Origin: a virus
Direction: 5' to 3' (one strand)
DNA length: 64,000 bases
Virus record (IMG/VR): IMGVR_UViG_3300002231_000336
Shown: piece by piece, positions 50,502-61,808 of the stretch
Numbering within the stretch: the stretch's first letter is position 1
How the letters are laid out: every line of letters begins with the position of its first letter
Notes under the pieces: generated by a model
What the model was told of the DNA's origin: nothing
What the model saw: the letters and a program-made list of their open reading frames with translations, nothing else
The model's database searches: none
Translations under genes and position numbers: made by a program

Positions 50502-51148
50502 ACTAAGCTCTCCCTATCATATGGTACTGCTGAAAATACCGCACTACTATTTGGTTGATGTTCCATATCAAACATGTAAGAGTCTAATTCTTTCGAGAAT
50601 AGTAATTCAAAATATTGTGCTTTTGTGAATTGCCGTTTATACCGCCAAGCGTCCGCTTTAGCTCCAATTTCAATCAAATCATCAAAGGTGCCTATGGGTG
50701 AGTCATTGTCATCATCAGTCATTTTTGCTGGACGTACAGTATATGGGAATAACACACTTATAATGCTATCTGGCACGTTAAAGAATCTAACTTTCATATT
50801 ATCATCTTCATCACGATATACAGCATAGGCAGTTAGAGTCCCTTGCTGGTCATATTGGGATGGATTATCCTCAATCAATGCCTGTAAAGACATTCTTTTA
50901 AGTTTAGTATCATTGGTTGAATCTATAGCGTATAACTCTTTACCAAAATCACTTGGTAATGTATATGTTGCCGTGTCAACTACAGTTGTGATACTATAAT
51001 CATCATCGTATACTTCCCAATTAGTTGCCCGTAATATCTGGTGGTATCGATTGTTAATGTATACCCCGACTATCTCTTTCATCTCCGCATCCGTATCACC
51101 AATCTCATTACAGACATTTGTTTTAAGAGTACCAAAAGTTTTTGACAT
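50498..51148 (-). CDS. Head-to-tail adaptor (copy 2)
   Basis: Same as 11624-12274. Confidence 0.7.
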   Translation of the reverse strand: MSKTFGTLKTNVCNEIGDTDAEMKEIVGVYINNRYHQILRATNWEVYDDDYSITTVVDTATYTLPSDFGKELYAIDSTNDTKLKRMSLQALIEDNPSQYDQQGTLTAYAVYRDEDDNMKVRFFNVPDSIISVLFPYTVRPAKMTDDDNDSPIGTFDDLIEIGAKADAWRYKRQFTKAQYFELLFSKELDSYMFDMEHQPNSSAVFSAVPYDRESLV

Positions 51149-51156
51149 TATTACAC

Positions 51157-51819
51157 CTACCTTAATTGAGTGAATAGTGGTAGTTTACAACCCCTATACT
51201 TATCATTAAATCTTTTTCTATTAGCTAAAAAATTATCATTATGTTCTGGCATATGTTTCCATGTTTGGCCACAAAGATGGGTAATACAGTATCTCATATT
51301 TTTGTATATACGATACCCAGCCATGTAGGTTCTTAACCAATAATCTGAATCTTCAAATGAATTTATAAATCCTTCATCCCACCAACCAACCTTCTCGATG
51401 AGTCTTCGTTTCATCATAAATATCCCACCGAACCAGTCTTCTCTTATTTGGTCACAATATGGGATATTAAATTCAGTGCTATTCATAGTTGCTATCCCAC
51501 ACATTGGTTCTTTCTCAAATACTTCTACTAAACCTTCCAACCAATTAGGAGGGCAGAACAGGTCATTCCCCAACGATACAACATAATCAGAATCAGTTGC
51601 AGCCCCAATACATATATTTGCATTTTCTGCGTAACTCTTTTTGTCTTTTGTATAAATGTATTTATCAGTGCTATCTATAAAATGTTTCTCACCATTCTCT
51701 ATAAGTATTAATTCAAACGGCAGTGAGGTACATGTTTTTACATGAGCAATACACTTCTTAGTCATCGGGATAATTTCAGGTGCTACATGAACTATAGGTA
51801 TAAAAACACTGACTTTCAC
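51157..51819 (-). CDS. GT2 glycosyltransferase, 220 aa (intact)
   Basis: KVSVFIP, LGNDL, VGWWDEGF, FEDSDYWLR. Confidence 0.85.
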   Translation of the reverse strand: MKVSVFIPIVHVAPEIIPMTKKCIAHVKTCTSLPFELILIENGEKHFIDSTDKYIYTKDKKSYAENANICIGAATDSDYVVSLGNDLFCPPNWLEGLVEVFEKEPMCGIATMNSTEFNIPYCDQIREDWFGGIFMMKRRLIEKVGWWDEGFINSFEDSDYWLRTYMAGYRIYKNMRYCITHLCGQTWKHMPEHNDNFLANRKRFNDKYRGCKLPLFTQLR

Positions 51820-51822
51820 TTC

Positions 51823-52443
51823 TCACTCCTTATAAAGAACAGTACATAACCAAGACATATAATCGTACTTTTCGCCTTCAGCATCGTTAGTAAGATAAGT
51901 CTCCACGACACCATCATTTCGTAAACCAGTATGTTCAACGAGTTTGCGAAAAGAATCATAAGTGAAATATCTTATATGCTCACCATGTGTAAACGGCGCC
52001 ATACTCGGTGACCAGCTGAACTCATATGGTGCTGAAATAAGTATTTTATCTCTACTAATGCGTATTGCTTCTGATAAACTGAATACTGGGTCTTCTATAT
52101 GTTCGAGAACTTCGGTCATCACTACTGCGTCAAACTCATTATCACTGAATGGTAGTCTCTTCTCTAGATCAGCCAATATAAAATTCGGCACATCCTGTTT
52201 GACAAAATCAACACTGATAATATTTTGACGTTTAACACTACAGAATGTCGCTCCATTGTCACAGCCTAAGTCAATAATACGTTTATCCCAGTAACCATGA
52301 GTCATTGGGATATTGCGAAATATCCATGTCTTATAATGCATCTCTAGTTGTTGGTCTGGACGACTCTTAGAATTATCAATTCTACATACGGTCTTGTGTA
52401 GTTCTTTAGCACGAGCCTCGTGATGTGGCTTAGAAGACATCAA
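51823..52443 (-). CDS. SAM-dependent methyltransferase (copy 2)
   Basis: Same as 12950-13570. Confidence 0.85.
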   Translation of the reverse strand: MMSSKPHHEARAKELHKTVCRIDNSKSRPDQQLEMHYKTWIFRNIPMTHGYWDKRIIDLGCDNGATFCSVKRQNIISVDFVKQDVPNFILADLEKRLPFSDNEFDAVVMTEVLEHIEDPVFSLSEAIRISRDKILISAPYEFSWSPSMAPFTHGEHIRYFTYDSFRKLVEHTGLRNDGVVETYLTNDAEGEKYDYMSWLCTVLYKE

Positions 52444-54692
52444 AGCACCTCACTAACCCATTGCTTCGCAACATTAGCCCAGCTCATAGTATCAATATAC
52501 TCATTGTTAATTTTACCAAGTGGGGCATCTAATACTTTGTTAAGCTCCTCAATGAACAACATACTTGATACAGCGTTAGGACTGCGTTCTGGCAATACCG
52601 CAAAGTCATTAGTTACGATATTACATCCAGTCGCTATTGCCTTTGTAAGAGCAATACAGTTTATTTCGCCTGTATAATTGCTGGGATACGCGAAAACTGA
52701 ACTTTTGGCATATTCGTGAAGTAGTTCTTTATGACCAATCCGTCCATGTTCATATATGCCTGGCTGTCGCAATAATGGCAACATACGCTCTTTAAACTCA
52801 TTAGACATTAATCCTTTCGCAACATATGTGTCATATGTATTCCAACCATAATATATGTGTAGTTCTGCTTCTGGGTGAACCTTCTGGACATCTGCCCATT
52901 TAGTAACGAGTAACTCTAATCCCCTATCATAACTACTAGCATATATAATGCGTTTAGGTTGCTTCTTAATGCTTTCTAGCCCGATAAAATCCTCAGGCAC
53001 TAATCCATTAGTAGAGACTACAATCTTGTTACTATCCTGCAAATGCTCAGGCAATAACCCCTTATGATATTGTGAAAGAACAACGATTTTATCAAGTAGC
53101 ATTGTTTTATCTGGTGTCAACATAGCATGTTGTGGGATATCATGAATCCACATCACATGAGTACAAGCTTTGATGTTTGAGTATGATACATTACACCGCC
53201 AACCAATTAATGTTTGGAATGTATCGCTTACATTAAATTGGCATATAGGCTTGTATGTTACACCTCTATCAACAACTTCCTCAACACAATTATTGTACAC
53301 CGTTACTTCACGGCCAAGAGCGGCTAGCTCGCGTCCCAGCCAAATCATAGCCTCTTCACTGCCACCAATGCCCTTGGCAAGTGATTCAGGCCCCCACATA
53401 TGAGGCGTATTCCCACAAAAGAAAACAACGCTGTTCGCTCCCCACTTCTTACCAGGTAAATAGAAATGACGTAAATCTTCTATCATCTCATTACCATGTA
53501 ACTCCATCGGGATTGATTCAACAAGAGCTTTAACATTCCCTTTCATCTCTTTTGTGAAATTGAGCATCTTAAGAAAACATTTCATGTAATCATAATGCTC
53601 GGCTGTTTTTTCGAACAATTGTTCGAAGTTTAGAACGTCTTCGCTGTTGGGTGCTGCTTTCTTAGCTATAGCGAAATACTTAACGGCGTTTACCGCATCG
53701 TTAACACTAAGATAATTTATTGCAACGAATAGTGGCACTTTCCAATTAAGCAATGATGGGTCAAATCCCATATTTGTTTGGGGGTGCCCTTTGCTTAAAG
53801 CCATTAACCCATACTCTATAGCTTTCTTATATCCGTCACGGTCATGATAGAACTCACATAACTGTGCATACGCCTGTGGCCATTCAGGTATTTCTTTTAT
53901 TGCCTCATATAACGCATCAACTACGAGTTGTTCCTTACCGAGTTTTTCTAGGCATTTAGCTAAATAAAGATATGATATGTAACGGTCTTCGTCCCAACCA
54001 CTTACATTAATATGTTTATCTAGTAATGGTATCGCCTCACCATACTGACCGATTTCTGTGTATGCTCTGCCAAGTAACGCTAGTGTCCGTGGGTCTGGAT
54101 TATCGCCCTCGTCTTCTACCATTTTTCTAAGGATACGGATATTTCGTTTTCTTGATTCCAGCCCATGGTCTTCTTCGGCAACATGAACCCTGACAAGCTT
54201 GTATTGCTCGTCTTTATAAAACTTAATCCCATTCTTATCATCACATACTATTGATTCATGAAGACGACCCTTCCAATATAGCTCTGAACATTTCTTTACT
54301 ATTGCTTCTTTGTAATGGCCTAGTATACAATTGCCATCTTTATCCCGTGAATAATCATACCAACACAGCACTACATTAGTCCCATGCTTCTTCATTTGCT
54401 CTATCATCCATGGGATATTCTCTGCACCAACCAACTCATCATCAGTGTCCATAACCATATAATAATCAGTTGTTATCCGCTCAGCTAACCAATTACGCTT
54501 ATGGGCGAAATCATCACGCCATTCATATTTATGCATGGTTGCGTTTAGTTCAGTGTTATACGAACCACAATCATATGCAATATGTATAACATCAAAGTAA
54601 TCGCCATATTTCTCTATGATGTTATCGAGTTTGACCCACTCATCTTTGGCTATTATCGCAAGGGAAATGGTTGGGCGTTTAGTGTCTCCCAT
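52440..54692 (-). CDS. GT2-TPR-GT4 glycosyltransferase (copy 2)
   Basis: Same as 13567-15819. Confidence 0.88.
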   Translation of the reverse strand: MGDTKRPTISLAIIAKDEWVKLDNIIEKYGDYFDVIHIAYDCGSYNTELNATMHKYEWRDDFAHKRNWLAERITTDYYMVMDTDDELVGAENIPWMIEQMKKHGTNVVLCWYDYSRDKDGNCILGHYKEAIVKKCSELYWKGRLHESIVCDDKNGIKFYKDEQYKLVRVHVAEEDHGLESRKRNIRILRKMVEDEGDNPDPRTLALLGRAYTEIGQYGEAIPLLDKHINVSGWDEDRYISYLYLAKCLEKLGKEQLVVDALYEAIKEIPEWPQAYAQLCEFYHDRDGYKKAIEYGLMALSKGHPQTNMGFDPSLLNWKVPLFVAINYLSVNDAVNAVKYFAIAKKAAPNSEDVLNFEQLFEKTAEHYDYMKCFLKMLNFTKEMKGNVKALVESIPMELHGNEMIEDLRHFYLPGKKWGANSVVFFCGNTPHMWGPESLAKGIGGSEEAMIWLGRELAALGREVTVYNNCVEEVVDRGVTYKPICQFNVSDTFQTLIGWRCNVSYSNIKACTHVMWIHDIPQHAMLTPDKTMLLDKIVVLSQYHKGLLPEHLQDSNKIVVSTNGLVPEDFIGLESIKKQPKRIIYASSYDRGLELLVTKWADVQKVHPEAELHIYYGWNTYDTYVAKGLMSNEFKERMLPLLRQPGIYEHGRIGHKELLHEYAKSSVFAYPSNYTGEINCIALTKAIATGCNIVTNDFAVLPERSPNAVSSMLFIEELNKVLDAPLGKINNEYIDTMSWANVAKQWVSEVL

Positions 54693-55081
54693 TACACCCT
54701 CCTTGCTATACAGAACTGTGGGAACTCACGCATAAATGCTCGAAGTTCTGTGGTATTTTCAAAGAGCTTTTCATCGTACTGTGATTTAAAATATGCCTCT
54801 AAATCATGTAATAACGATGGTAATAATGATAAACCTAACCTTAAACTTTTATCATTAGTCGAAGAAAATTCATCTCTCGCATCTTCCTGCCGATATTTAT
54901 TCTGCCGTATCAATCCACGTATATGGTCTTTATTAGTGCCGAGTTGTGGATTCTCACAACAAGTAACTTTTTCTCTATAAATTTGCCCACACCAATTACA
55001 ATATATAGTCGGGTCTTTTAACCAAGTATTAATAAAAGCACGTGCTGCTACCATTTTGTTCGAGGTCTTTTTAAATGCCAT
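54692..55081 (-). CDS. Hypothetical protein (copy 2)
   Basis: Same as 15819-16208. Confidence 0.65.
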   Translation of the reverse strand: MAFKKTSNKMVAARAFINTWLKDPTIYCNWCGQIYREKVTCCENPQLGTNKDHIRGLIRQNKYRQEDARDEFSSTNDKSLRLGLSLLPSLLHDLEAYFKSQYDEKLFENTTELRAFMREFPQFCIARRV

Positions 55082-55107
55082 TTGGGGTCTACTCCTTATA
55101 AGGGGAA

Positions 55108-55133
55108 AGGTGGCTACTCGCCGGTAACCACCT
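55108..55133 (-). terminator. Hairpin after the capsid gene (copy 2)
   Basis: Same as 16235-16260. Confidence 0.6.
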
Positions 55134-55151
55134 ATACCCAGTTTTCGTTGT

Positions 55152-56063
55152 TTATAGATACATCTTAGCTGCAAATCCACCAAGTGGGTTCAAACATTCA
55201 AGAGTATATTCAACAACATATTCTGCTGTATCAGCATCACCAGTCTTCGCAATTTCGAGAAGTTCTGGTTTACGCAAATAAGCAATGCGGAAAGATTCTG
55301 CATTAATACCAACTAGGTCATGCCCAGTCACCGCAGAACCAGTTGCATCAAGATTTACATAACGATGAGCAAAAAGTTTAACAACTTTCGCTGCATCACT
55401 TTCATAAACATCAACAGCGTTAATTAATCTTTTGTCCTCAACTTTAGTAAATTTCGTAGAACCAGCTGTCCATGAGCTGATTTTACGTTTCATGTACATA
55501 TCACCATAGACCTCGTCTACTTGAACAGTACCATTATCCCAAACATCTTGGAGGTAGTTGTTAAAAATAGTTTCAGTCATAGAGATCGAAGAAGCTGCCG
55601 TTGAAACATTAGAGACGGAAGCCTTAACACCACGAAGCGTACGGGCATCATTTGTTGATACAACTGATTGTGTCAGAGTACCACACATAATAGCCAATTC
55701 CATATCAGCTTTGAGAATCTTAAGAGCCTTCTCTGCTTCATAAGCATAACGGTCATTAAAATTAGCTGTGTTTACCGCACGTTCCGTACCAGTCACAGAA
55801 AAATCCTGTGCACTGATTTGGGTTACGTTCGTTAAACGGGTGGGATTGGTCAACGTACGACCAGGAGCATCCGCACCTTCAGCTGCCGCATTTGCCTTTA
55901 CGGAAGTCAATGTATCAACAAGCCACTCATGCAATGTGGACTTTGCTTCACTCACACCAAGACCAGTTACAAGCTGAGTCTCTGTGGGAGTAAGATTTGT
56001 GAGCACGCCTAATAGATCTTCGCGTACCGCACGATCATCATAACTGTAGCCAATTGTAGCCAT
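55152..56063 (-). CDS. Major capsid protein (copy 2)
   Basis: Same as 16279-17190. Confidence 0.85.
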   Translation of the reverse strand: MATIGYSYDDRAVREDLLGVLTNLTPTETQLVTGLGVSEAKSTLHEWLVDTLTSVKANAAAEGADAPGRTLTNPTRLTNVTQISAQDFSVTGTERAVNTANFNDRYAYEAEKALKILKADMELAIMCGTLTQSVVSTNDARTLRGVKASVSNVSTAASSISMTETIFNNYLQDVWDNGTVQVDEVYGDMYMKRKISSWTAGSTKFTKVEDKRLINAVDVYESDAAKVVKLFAHRYVNLDATGSAVTGHDLVGINAESFRIAYLRKPELLEIAKTGDADTAEYVVEYTLECLNPLGGFAAKMYL

Positions 56064-56087
56064 TTCTTTATTCCTTTCTAATTACTT

Positions 56088-56960
56088 CTAGCCACGCAAT
56101 GTCCCTTTGTCAATAAACATTTGGCGAAGAGCCTCACGGGCATCTTTACTATCACCTGTTTGTACAGCCCTTGCTACTGCCGAGGAACGACTACCACCTT
56201 CACTGTATTGGACACTTGAACCTTCTACGGCTGTCTTGCGCTGCATATTCCCTAGCTCTGCTTGTTTGCGTTGTAGAGCTTGTTGTGTTTTGGCTGTTTG
56301 ACCTTGACCTAAATCAAATGCTGCGAGTTTAGCCGCAGTCAATAAACCATCTGGGGCGTTCTTATGCCCACTCTCCATGTAATGTATGATACGTTGAGTT
56401 AGTGGGCTGTTCATATCCCAATCAACAAGCCTGCCACTAGCATCTTGTGCAAATGCTTGAGGGAAGTTCTGCGCTACAGCAGATAATGCCTGCTGTTTAA
56501 TAACCGTTTCTTGTTGAGCGCGTTGTTGAGCAGCAAAGCGTTCTTGCAACCTCTTATCAACACCCTCTTCAATAAGACGTGCTTTTTCCTGTTCACACCA
56601 TGCAGCATGTTCAGGATGTTGCTGTTTGTAAGTTTCCAAATCAGCTATGGTGTATTGTGGTTCCTCTGGTTTCACCGATTGCTGTATGTTTTTTAACACA
56701 TCAGACATTTCAGTGATTTTTGTTTCGAGCTTTTCGGTTTTCCGTAGTTGTTCACGATAACGGTTCTCGTATGGAACACCTTTCTCGTCTACTTCTCCTA
56801 CTGGCAAATTACCCTCGCCAGAAGAGGGAGGAGTTGCAGGTAAATCTTCACTGATATTAACTTGCTCTTCTGTGCTTCCTTCTTGTTGAGGGACGTTCTC
56901 AACTTTTACGTCCTGGTTTTCAGGAGACGAATCCTGATTTACGTCGTTTTGAGTATCCAT
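56088..56960 (-). CDS. Scaffolding protein (copy 2)
   Basis: Same as 17215-18087. Confidence 0.7.
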   Translation of the reverse strand: MDTQNDVNQDSSPENQDVKVENVPQQEGSTEEQVNISEDLPATPPSSGEGNLPVGEVDEKGVPYENRYREQLRKTEKLETKITEMSDVLKNIQQSVKPEEPQYTIADLETYKQQHPEHAAWCEQEKARLIEEGVDKRLQERFAAQQRAQQETVIKQQALSAVAQNFPQAFAQDASGRLVDWDMNSPLTQRIIHYMESGHKNAPDGLLTAAKLAAFDLGQGQTAKTQQALQRKQAELGNMQRKTAVEGSSVQYSEGGSRSSAVARAVQTGDSKDAREALRQMFIDKGTLRG

Positions 56961-56982
56961 TGTTTCTCCTTATTACTAGTTA

Positions 56983-57300
56983 TTATTCATTATCAAAATC
57001 GCCAGCCTGTACGGTTGACGGGTTCTGGAGTGCATGAAGTTGTTCACGCAATTCTTCCAACTCAGCCTCCCATTGTTCTTTTAAGTTTGCGACACTTAAT
57101 AACGCAAGTTTTGTAACCCTAGCTTCACGGAAAGTCTCTTCCGTACAGTTCTGCCAATTCTCATCTAAATCAGTTATCAAAGAGCGTATTTCTTCTTGCG
57201 CTATCTTCCACGCATGTGTTGTTCCTATTTCCTTTGTTAACACTTCTAACTTTGCAATACGTGCTATTATCTCATCTTGAGCTGGGGTCTCTTCTTGCAT
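56983..57300 (-). CDS. Hypothetical protein (copy 2)
   Basis: Same as 18110-18427. Confidence 0.7.
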   Translation of the reverse strand: MQEETPAQDEIIARIAKLEVLTKEIGTTHAWKIAQEEIRSLITDLDENWQNCTEETFREARVTKLALLSVANLKEQWEAELEELREQLHALQNPSTVQAGDFDNE

Positions 57301-57316
57301 TGGGGTCTACTCCTTC

Positions 57317-59383
57317 CTACTTCATTTGTTTAAGTAATTCGATATTATTGTCCATTTGTTGTTGTTCAAGCTCCTGCTTCTTAGCCAACATTTGTCCTTG
57401 TACATCTGGATTAATGCCAAGAGATTTGAGCACCTGTGCACGTTCACCTGGTGTCAAATCCTCTAGCTGTATAGTTATTGGTTGCACTGGTGGCTTTTGT
57501 GGCGATGGTTGAAACGCAACAAATTCTTCCCAGTTCTCAACACCGAGTTCCTGTAGGGCTTGCTTACGAGCCGCAATAACATTCTCTGGCCCAGCAACAC
57601 CTAACTGTAACGCCTGATATGCATCTTGTAATACTAACGCAGCCTTTTGCTGTTTCTGTTGTGGATTAGTATTCTGGTCATTAGCTCGTACATTAATCGT
57701 ATATTTATTCTGTATCTCTTCCTTAGATAACTTAATGGACTCTTGCCCATTTTCTCCAAAATATATGAATTCGTATTCATCGTCCCCATACTGACACCAT
57801 AAGTCCCATATCCAATTAAACAATTCACTAAATTGCTCACGGTACATATCGGCATCTAGTGAAAAAGAATCACGATTTTCTTGCACGTGCATCTTTACTT
57901 CACCTTCTGTGCGAGGCTGGCGCTTGTTTATTTGTGACTGAAGGTTAAAATCTACCACACCTATAAGTTCCGCAATTTTACCTTCAAGGATTTGCTGTTC
58001 ATCTTTGTAAGAATATTCAGCGTTAGTGTCAGTTGCGCGGAATGGGGCGATGACGTCCTTTAGTTGTTGCATACCAGAAACAGGTATACCACGACCAAAT
58101 GAGAACTGTTTGCTTTTGCCTTTAAGTTGCCCGGGTCTATATAGAAACATTGGTGTGTTCCGCATGGTCTGCGAATCAATACGTTGCATATGTTGGGTAT
58201 CAATCTCCTTTACAATATCTTCTATAAGCTCAGCTAGAGACCGATGCGAGAACCATCTATCATCTATCAGTTCATAAAAGAGTTTAACGAATGGAAACTT
58301 GCTAGAATAAAATGGTAGTTCGATTCTGCGAAGTATCGCATCAAAGTCAGGAGAGAGTGTAATAACACATTTCTCTTCTTTTCCATCTCCATTAATATCA
58401 TAATAACAATACACTTCCCATATTTTAATGAGACCCTTTTCTTTGAATCTCTGGATACCTTCCCGTTTATCTTTCGTCATGTCGGTCTTATTATAATCTG
58501 AGTCCTTTGATAGCTCTATCGTATCAAATGCTTCCCTGCTCCAGTCTTTGTTGTCCACGTTACTCTCGATGTCTCTTAATGGCATGAAGAATTCATGGAT
58601 AATGTATTGACAATCTTGTGGATCTACCTTACTGGTGCTTGGCACATAAAGACGTTCTGGGTCGACTAGCGCTACATCAGGGTTATTCTTTATGACATCA
58701 CGAAATTTGAACTCTACTATCTCTTCTCCTGCAAGTATCTTATCAATGCCTTTAGTCAACTCCTCAGCGTTATCAGCTATAACCAGTCTACTAGTGTCAG
58801 GGTCCAATCTCATAGCAAAGAATCGGTCTATGACTTCACGGGGCGTATTGGGGTCATAAAGCGTCTGTATGTCTTGTTCGTCTAATTCCTTAACATCTAA
58901 ATTAACTGTTCGTTTTTTAATTTTTATATTCCAATATGGCTTAAGTAGATAAAATCCCTTTTCCAATGACTGGTCTATCGCAATAATAGCTTTCTTCTTA
59001 ATACCTATAACATTCATCACTAGATGGTCAATGAACTTTTCAATCTTAATTGCGGTCTCTCGTGAACCACCAGGGGACGGCAACACTGATACTATCGGCC
59101 TTACCCCAAATACCCCATTCATTAATGCGGCTTTTAGTTTACGAATCTTAGTGTCAATTATCGGCATACGGATATTAGAGCACCCAACGAATGGCTTGGT
59201 CTTTTGTTTCTTGATACGCATTCGCATCCGCTGCCATTTATCTTGCTTATTGCGCCATTTCGAGTTGTCTTCTTTACAATCAGTATACCAATCCTTTATG
59301 GTCGTTACGAGGTCATCACCAGATGGCGAAGACGCTTTCCCACTATAACCAGCCCTATTATCGCTATTAGTCCTATATTCCAT
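57317..59383 (-). CDS. Portal protein (copy 2)
   Basis: Same as 18444-20510. Confidence 0.85.
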   Translation of the reverse strand: MEYRTNSDNRAGYSGKASSPSGDDLVTTIKDWYTDCKEDNSKWRNKQDKWQRMRMRIKKQKTKPFVGCSNIRMPIIDTKIRKLKAALMNGVFGVRPIVSVLPSPGGSRETAIKIEKFIDHLVMNVIGIKKKAIIAIDQSLEKGFYLLKPYWNIKIKKRTVNLDVKELDEQDIQTLYDPNTPREVIDRFFAMRLDPDTSRLVIADNAEELTKGIDKILAGEEIVEFKFRDVIKNNPDVALVDPERLYVPSTSKVDPQDCQYIIHEFFMPLRDIESNVDNKDWSREAFDTIELSKDSDYNKTDMTKDKREGIQRFKEKGLIKIWEVYCYYDINGDGKEEKCVITLSPDFDAILRRIELPFYSSKFPFVKLFYELIDDRWFSHRSLAELIEDIVKEIDTQHMQRIDSQTMRNTPMFLYRPGQLKGKSKQFSFGRGIPVSGMQQLKDVIAPFRATDTNAEYSYKDEQQILEGKIAELIGVVDFNLQSQINKRQPRTEGEVKMHVQENRDSFSLDADMYREQFSELFNWIWDLWCQYGDDEYEFIYFGENGQESIKLSKEEIQNKYTINVRANDQNTNPQQKQQKAALVLQDAYQALQLGVAGPENVIAARKQALQELGVENWEEFVAFQPSPQKPPVQPITIQLEDLTPGERAQVLKSLGINPDVQGQMLAKKQELEQQQMDNNIELLKQMK

Positions 59384-59396
59384 ATTTATCTCCTAA

Positions 59397-60881
59397 TTAG
59401 TAACCATATCCAAAATCGCCCCAGTCTTCATCTCCTGTATCACGGTCAACTGGTTGCCCGTATCTGTCCACTTCTTCAACAACCATATCTTCTAGGTCGG
59501 GTTGTAATAACTGTTCCGCATATGCCATACAATCTACAATATCATCATGACGGCTTGAGCCAATAGATAGTAACTCATCTCTTGCAATGCCATGGTGGCT
59601 ACCTATGATGTATCGTCCCTGCTCAAATAATGGCTGTAATGCCGCAATCACACGCCTTGTCTTGTTTCGCAACATAGCGCCACTGCCACTAGTAAATACA
59701 TTTGTCAATTCCGCAACTGGTGGATGAACATTCAATCTTTCACATTCATTTATAAAAGAGTTAAAAAAGCCCTTCTCAACTCCTTTGTTAGGTATCCCAA
59801 GAGAAGTTATCCGATTTTTATTCTTCCCCCATAGATTCAACACCTGATGCATGTAAGTATTAATTGTCTCCCGTGTATGCACTACATCAAGCAACCAACG
59901 ACGATTCTGCGCATCTATCCCTATAAGACATGCGACCTTCGCATCTGCCTTCTCATCTTCACTATATGCTGGGTCTAACGTAATTACACATGAAAGATTC
60001 TCTGGTAGCTCGTCTACGGTCTTCCATGTACGAATCATCTCTTGTTTTATCGGCGCACGCTCATTAGCCGTTGGGTCATTCATATATTCAGTTGAGAAGA
60101 AATATGAGCCAATATCGTGTTTCTGCTCCTGTAACCTATTATGCGACCATAATTCAGGCCATAATTCCTCACCAGCCTTTTCAACCCCAAACCTATAAGC
60201 CTTATACTTTTTCTTCTTCCAACCGTTATCTTTCTCAAAATACTCGTTAATTAAGCAAAGATGGGTAAGAATCGTCCCAATCCATATAAATTGGCCATTA
60301 GGGGTAAGTGAGTTAAAACAGGCTTTGAATATCCAGGTTTCTAACTTTCTTCGTCTATCAGGTGTTGCAACGCTCTCTTCAGTCTCAATATCGTCCAGCA
60401 CTATTAAATCCGGCCTATAACCACGAATCTGCCCTTCAGCGCCCCTAGCCTTTATCTCAGCACCGTTCTTTAATATAATATTACTTTCAGTCCACTTACC
60501 TTTCCCGACCTGATTACCAAATATCAACTTTAACAGCTTATTATTCTCAATCTCAAACTTTATCGTGCGTAAAAACTCAATGGCTTTATCCTCAGATGCA
60601 CTAATAATCAACACTTTCTTCTTCTCAAGCATCAAAACACTGTAGAGCGGGTAAAATACACTGCAAATGTAACTTTTAGCGAACCCCCTTGGCGCTGCAA
60701 CGAGCATTTTCCGCTCTGAGAGCAACATTTCATAGATTTCACAGTGAAATTCCGGCATTTTGCATGTCAGATGATGCTCAAGCGTGTCAGTGACGAACCG
60801 GATCATCCCTAACTTCTTATCACTCCAGGCTCGTATAACATTAAAACGCTTCTCACGCTCCTCATTGCTTATAAAGGTCAT
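59397..60881 (-). CDS. terL: Terminase large subunit (copy 2)
   Basis: Same as 20524-22008. Confidence 0.95.
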   Translation of the reverse strand: MTFISNEEREKRFNVIRAWSDKKLGMIRFVTDTLEHHLTCKMPEFHCEIYEMLLSERKMLVAAPRGFAKSYICSVFYPLYSVLMLEKKKVLIISASEDKAIEFLRTIKFEIENNKLLKLIFGNQVGKGKWTESNIILKNGAEIKARGAEGQIRGYRPDLIVLDDIETEESVATPDRRRKLETWIFKACFNSLTPNGQFIWIGTILTHLCLINEYFEKDNGWKKKKYKAYRFGVEKAGEELWPELWSHNRLQEQKHDIGSYFFSTEYMNDPTANERAPIKQEMIRTWKTVDELPENLSCVITLDPAYSEDEKADAKVACLIGIDAQNRRWLLDVVHTRETINTYMHQVLNLWGKNKNRITSLGIPNKGVEKGFFNSFINECERLNVHPPVAELTNVFTSGSGAMLRNKTRRVIAALQPLFEQGRYIIGSHHGIARDELLSIGSSRHDDIVDCMAYAEQLLQPDLEDMVVEEVDRYGQPVDRDTGDEDWGDFGYGY

Positions 60882-61243
60882 TTTGTCACCACTTTCGAGG
60901 CGATCTTAGCCTTTGCGTCCCTCTTAACCCTCGGTTTCTTTATAACGCTCTGCAACGCAGCATAAATATCCATGCAGGCTCGGTTCAACTGCTCATGGTC
61001 AAATACAAATATATACCCATCCCCATCATAAATATCACTATAGCGCAATGCACGCTCCGTAAGCACTCCTTCGATGACCTCATGGAACAGGGTCTGCAAC
61101 ACATCCTCATCATCCAGGGCCTCATTTATCGTCAACACCTTGTTCGCCATGTCAAACTGTCCGGCATCTTCGATAAGCGCCCTCACGACCTTATACGTTC
61201 TTCCCGCAATCGGTAGGGTTTTCGGTAACTTCAACGAACACAT
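60878..61243 (-). CDS. Small zincin-like protein (copy 2)
   Basis: Same as 22005-22370. Confidence 0.6.
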   Translation of the reverse strand: MCSLKLPKTLPIAGRTYKVVRALIEDAGQFDMANKVLTINEALDDEDVLQTLFHEVIEGVLTERALRYSDIYDGDGYIFVFDHEQLNRACMDIYAALQSVIKKPRVKRDAKAKIASKVVTK

Positions 61244-61247
61244 GGGG

Positions 61248-61808
61248 TTATGTGTACTCTTTCTCGTTCAACTCATTATTAATAATATCAATAACTTCTT
61301 GTTTTGTATCTCGCTCATATTGCTTTCTTTTGCGCCCCGCAACACCATGGTAAATATAATGGCAATTAGCGCAAAGAGTTACATAACCAATCTTTTTAGT
61401 TCTATTAATATGATGTAAATGTAATGCGTGTTTGTTGCCAAAACCACAACACTCACATGACTTATTTCTTAGATGTTTTGAAAACTTGTATGCAGCCCTT
61501 AAACACTTATAACTACAATATTTGCTTCTATTACCTTTAGTCGTGAACTTAACTCCACAACAAGCACATATAATTTCACGAGATTTCGCAGTTAAGCTCT
61601 TGCCAGTACATTCTTTACAGCAAAACCTCTGCCTAGATCTACTGGTCTTGTATTTTCTCCCACAATACTCACATTCTTTTTCTATTCTTCGTGCGAGACG
61701 TTGCCTTTTCTTACATTGCTCGACTTTGTGACTTCTACTACAATACTTTTTGGTACTATGTTTAGTTTCAAAAATATTACCACAATATAAACAAGTAACT
61801 TTACGCAT
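61248..61808 (-). CDS. HNH endonuclease (copy 2)
   Basis: Same as 22375-22935. Confidence 0.8.
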   Translation of the reverse strand: MRKVTCLYCGNIFETKHSTKKYCSRSHKVEQCKKRQRLARRIEKECEYCGRKYKTSRSRQRFCCKECTGKSLTAKSREIICACCGVKFTTKGNRSKYCSYKCLRAAYKFSKHLRNKSCECCGFGNKHALHLHHINRTKKIGYVTLCANCHYIYHGVAGRKRKQYERDTKQEVIDIINNELNEKEYT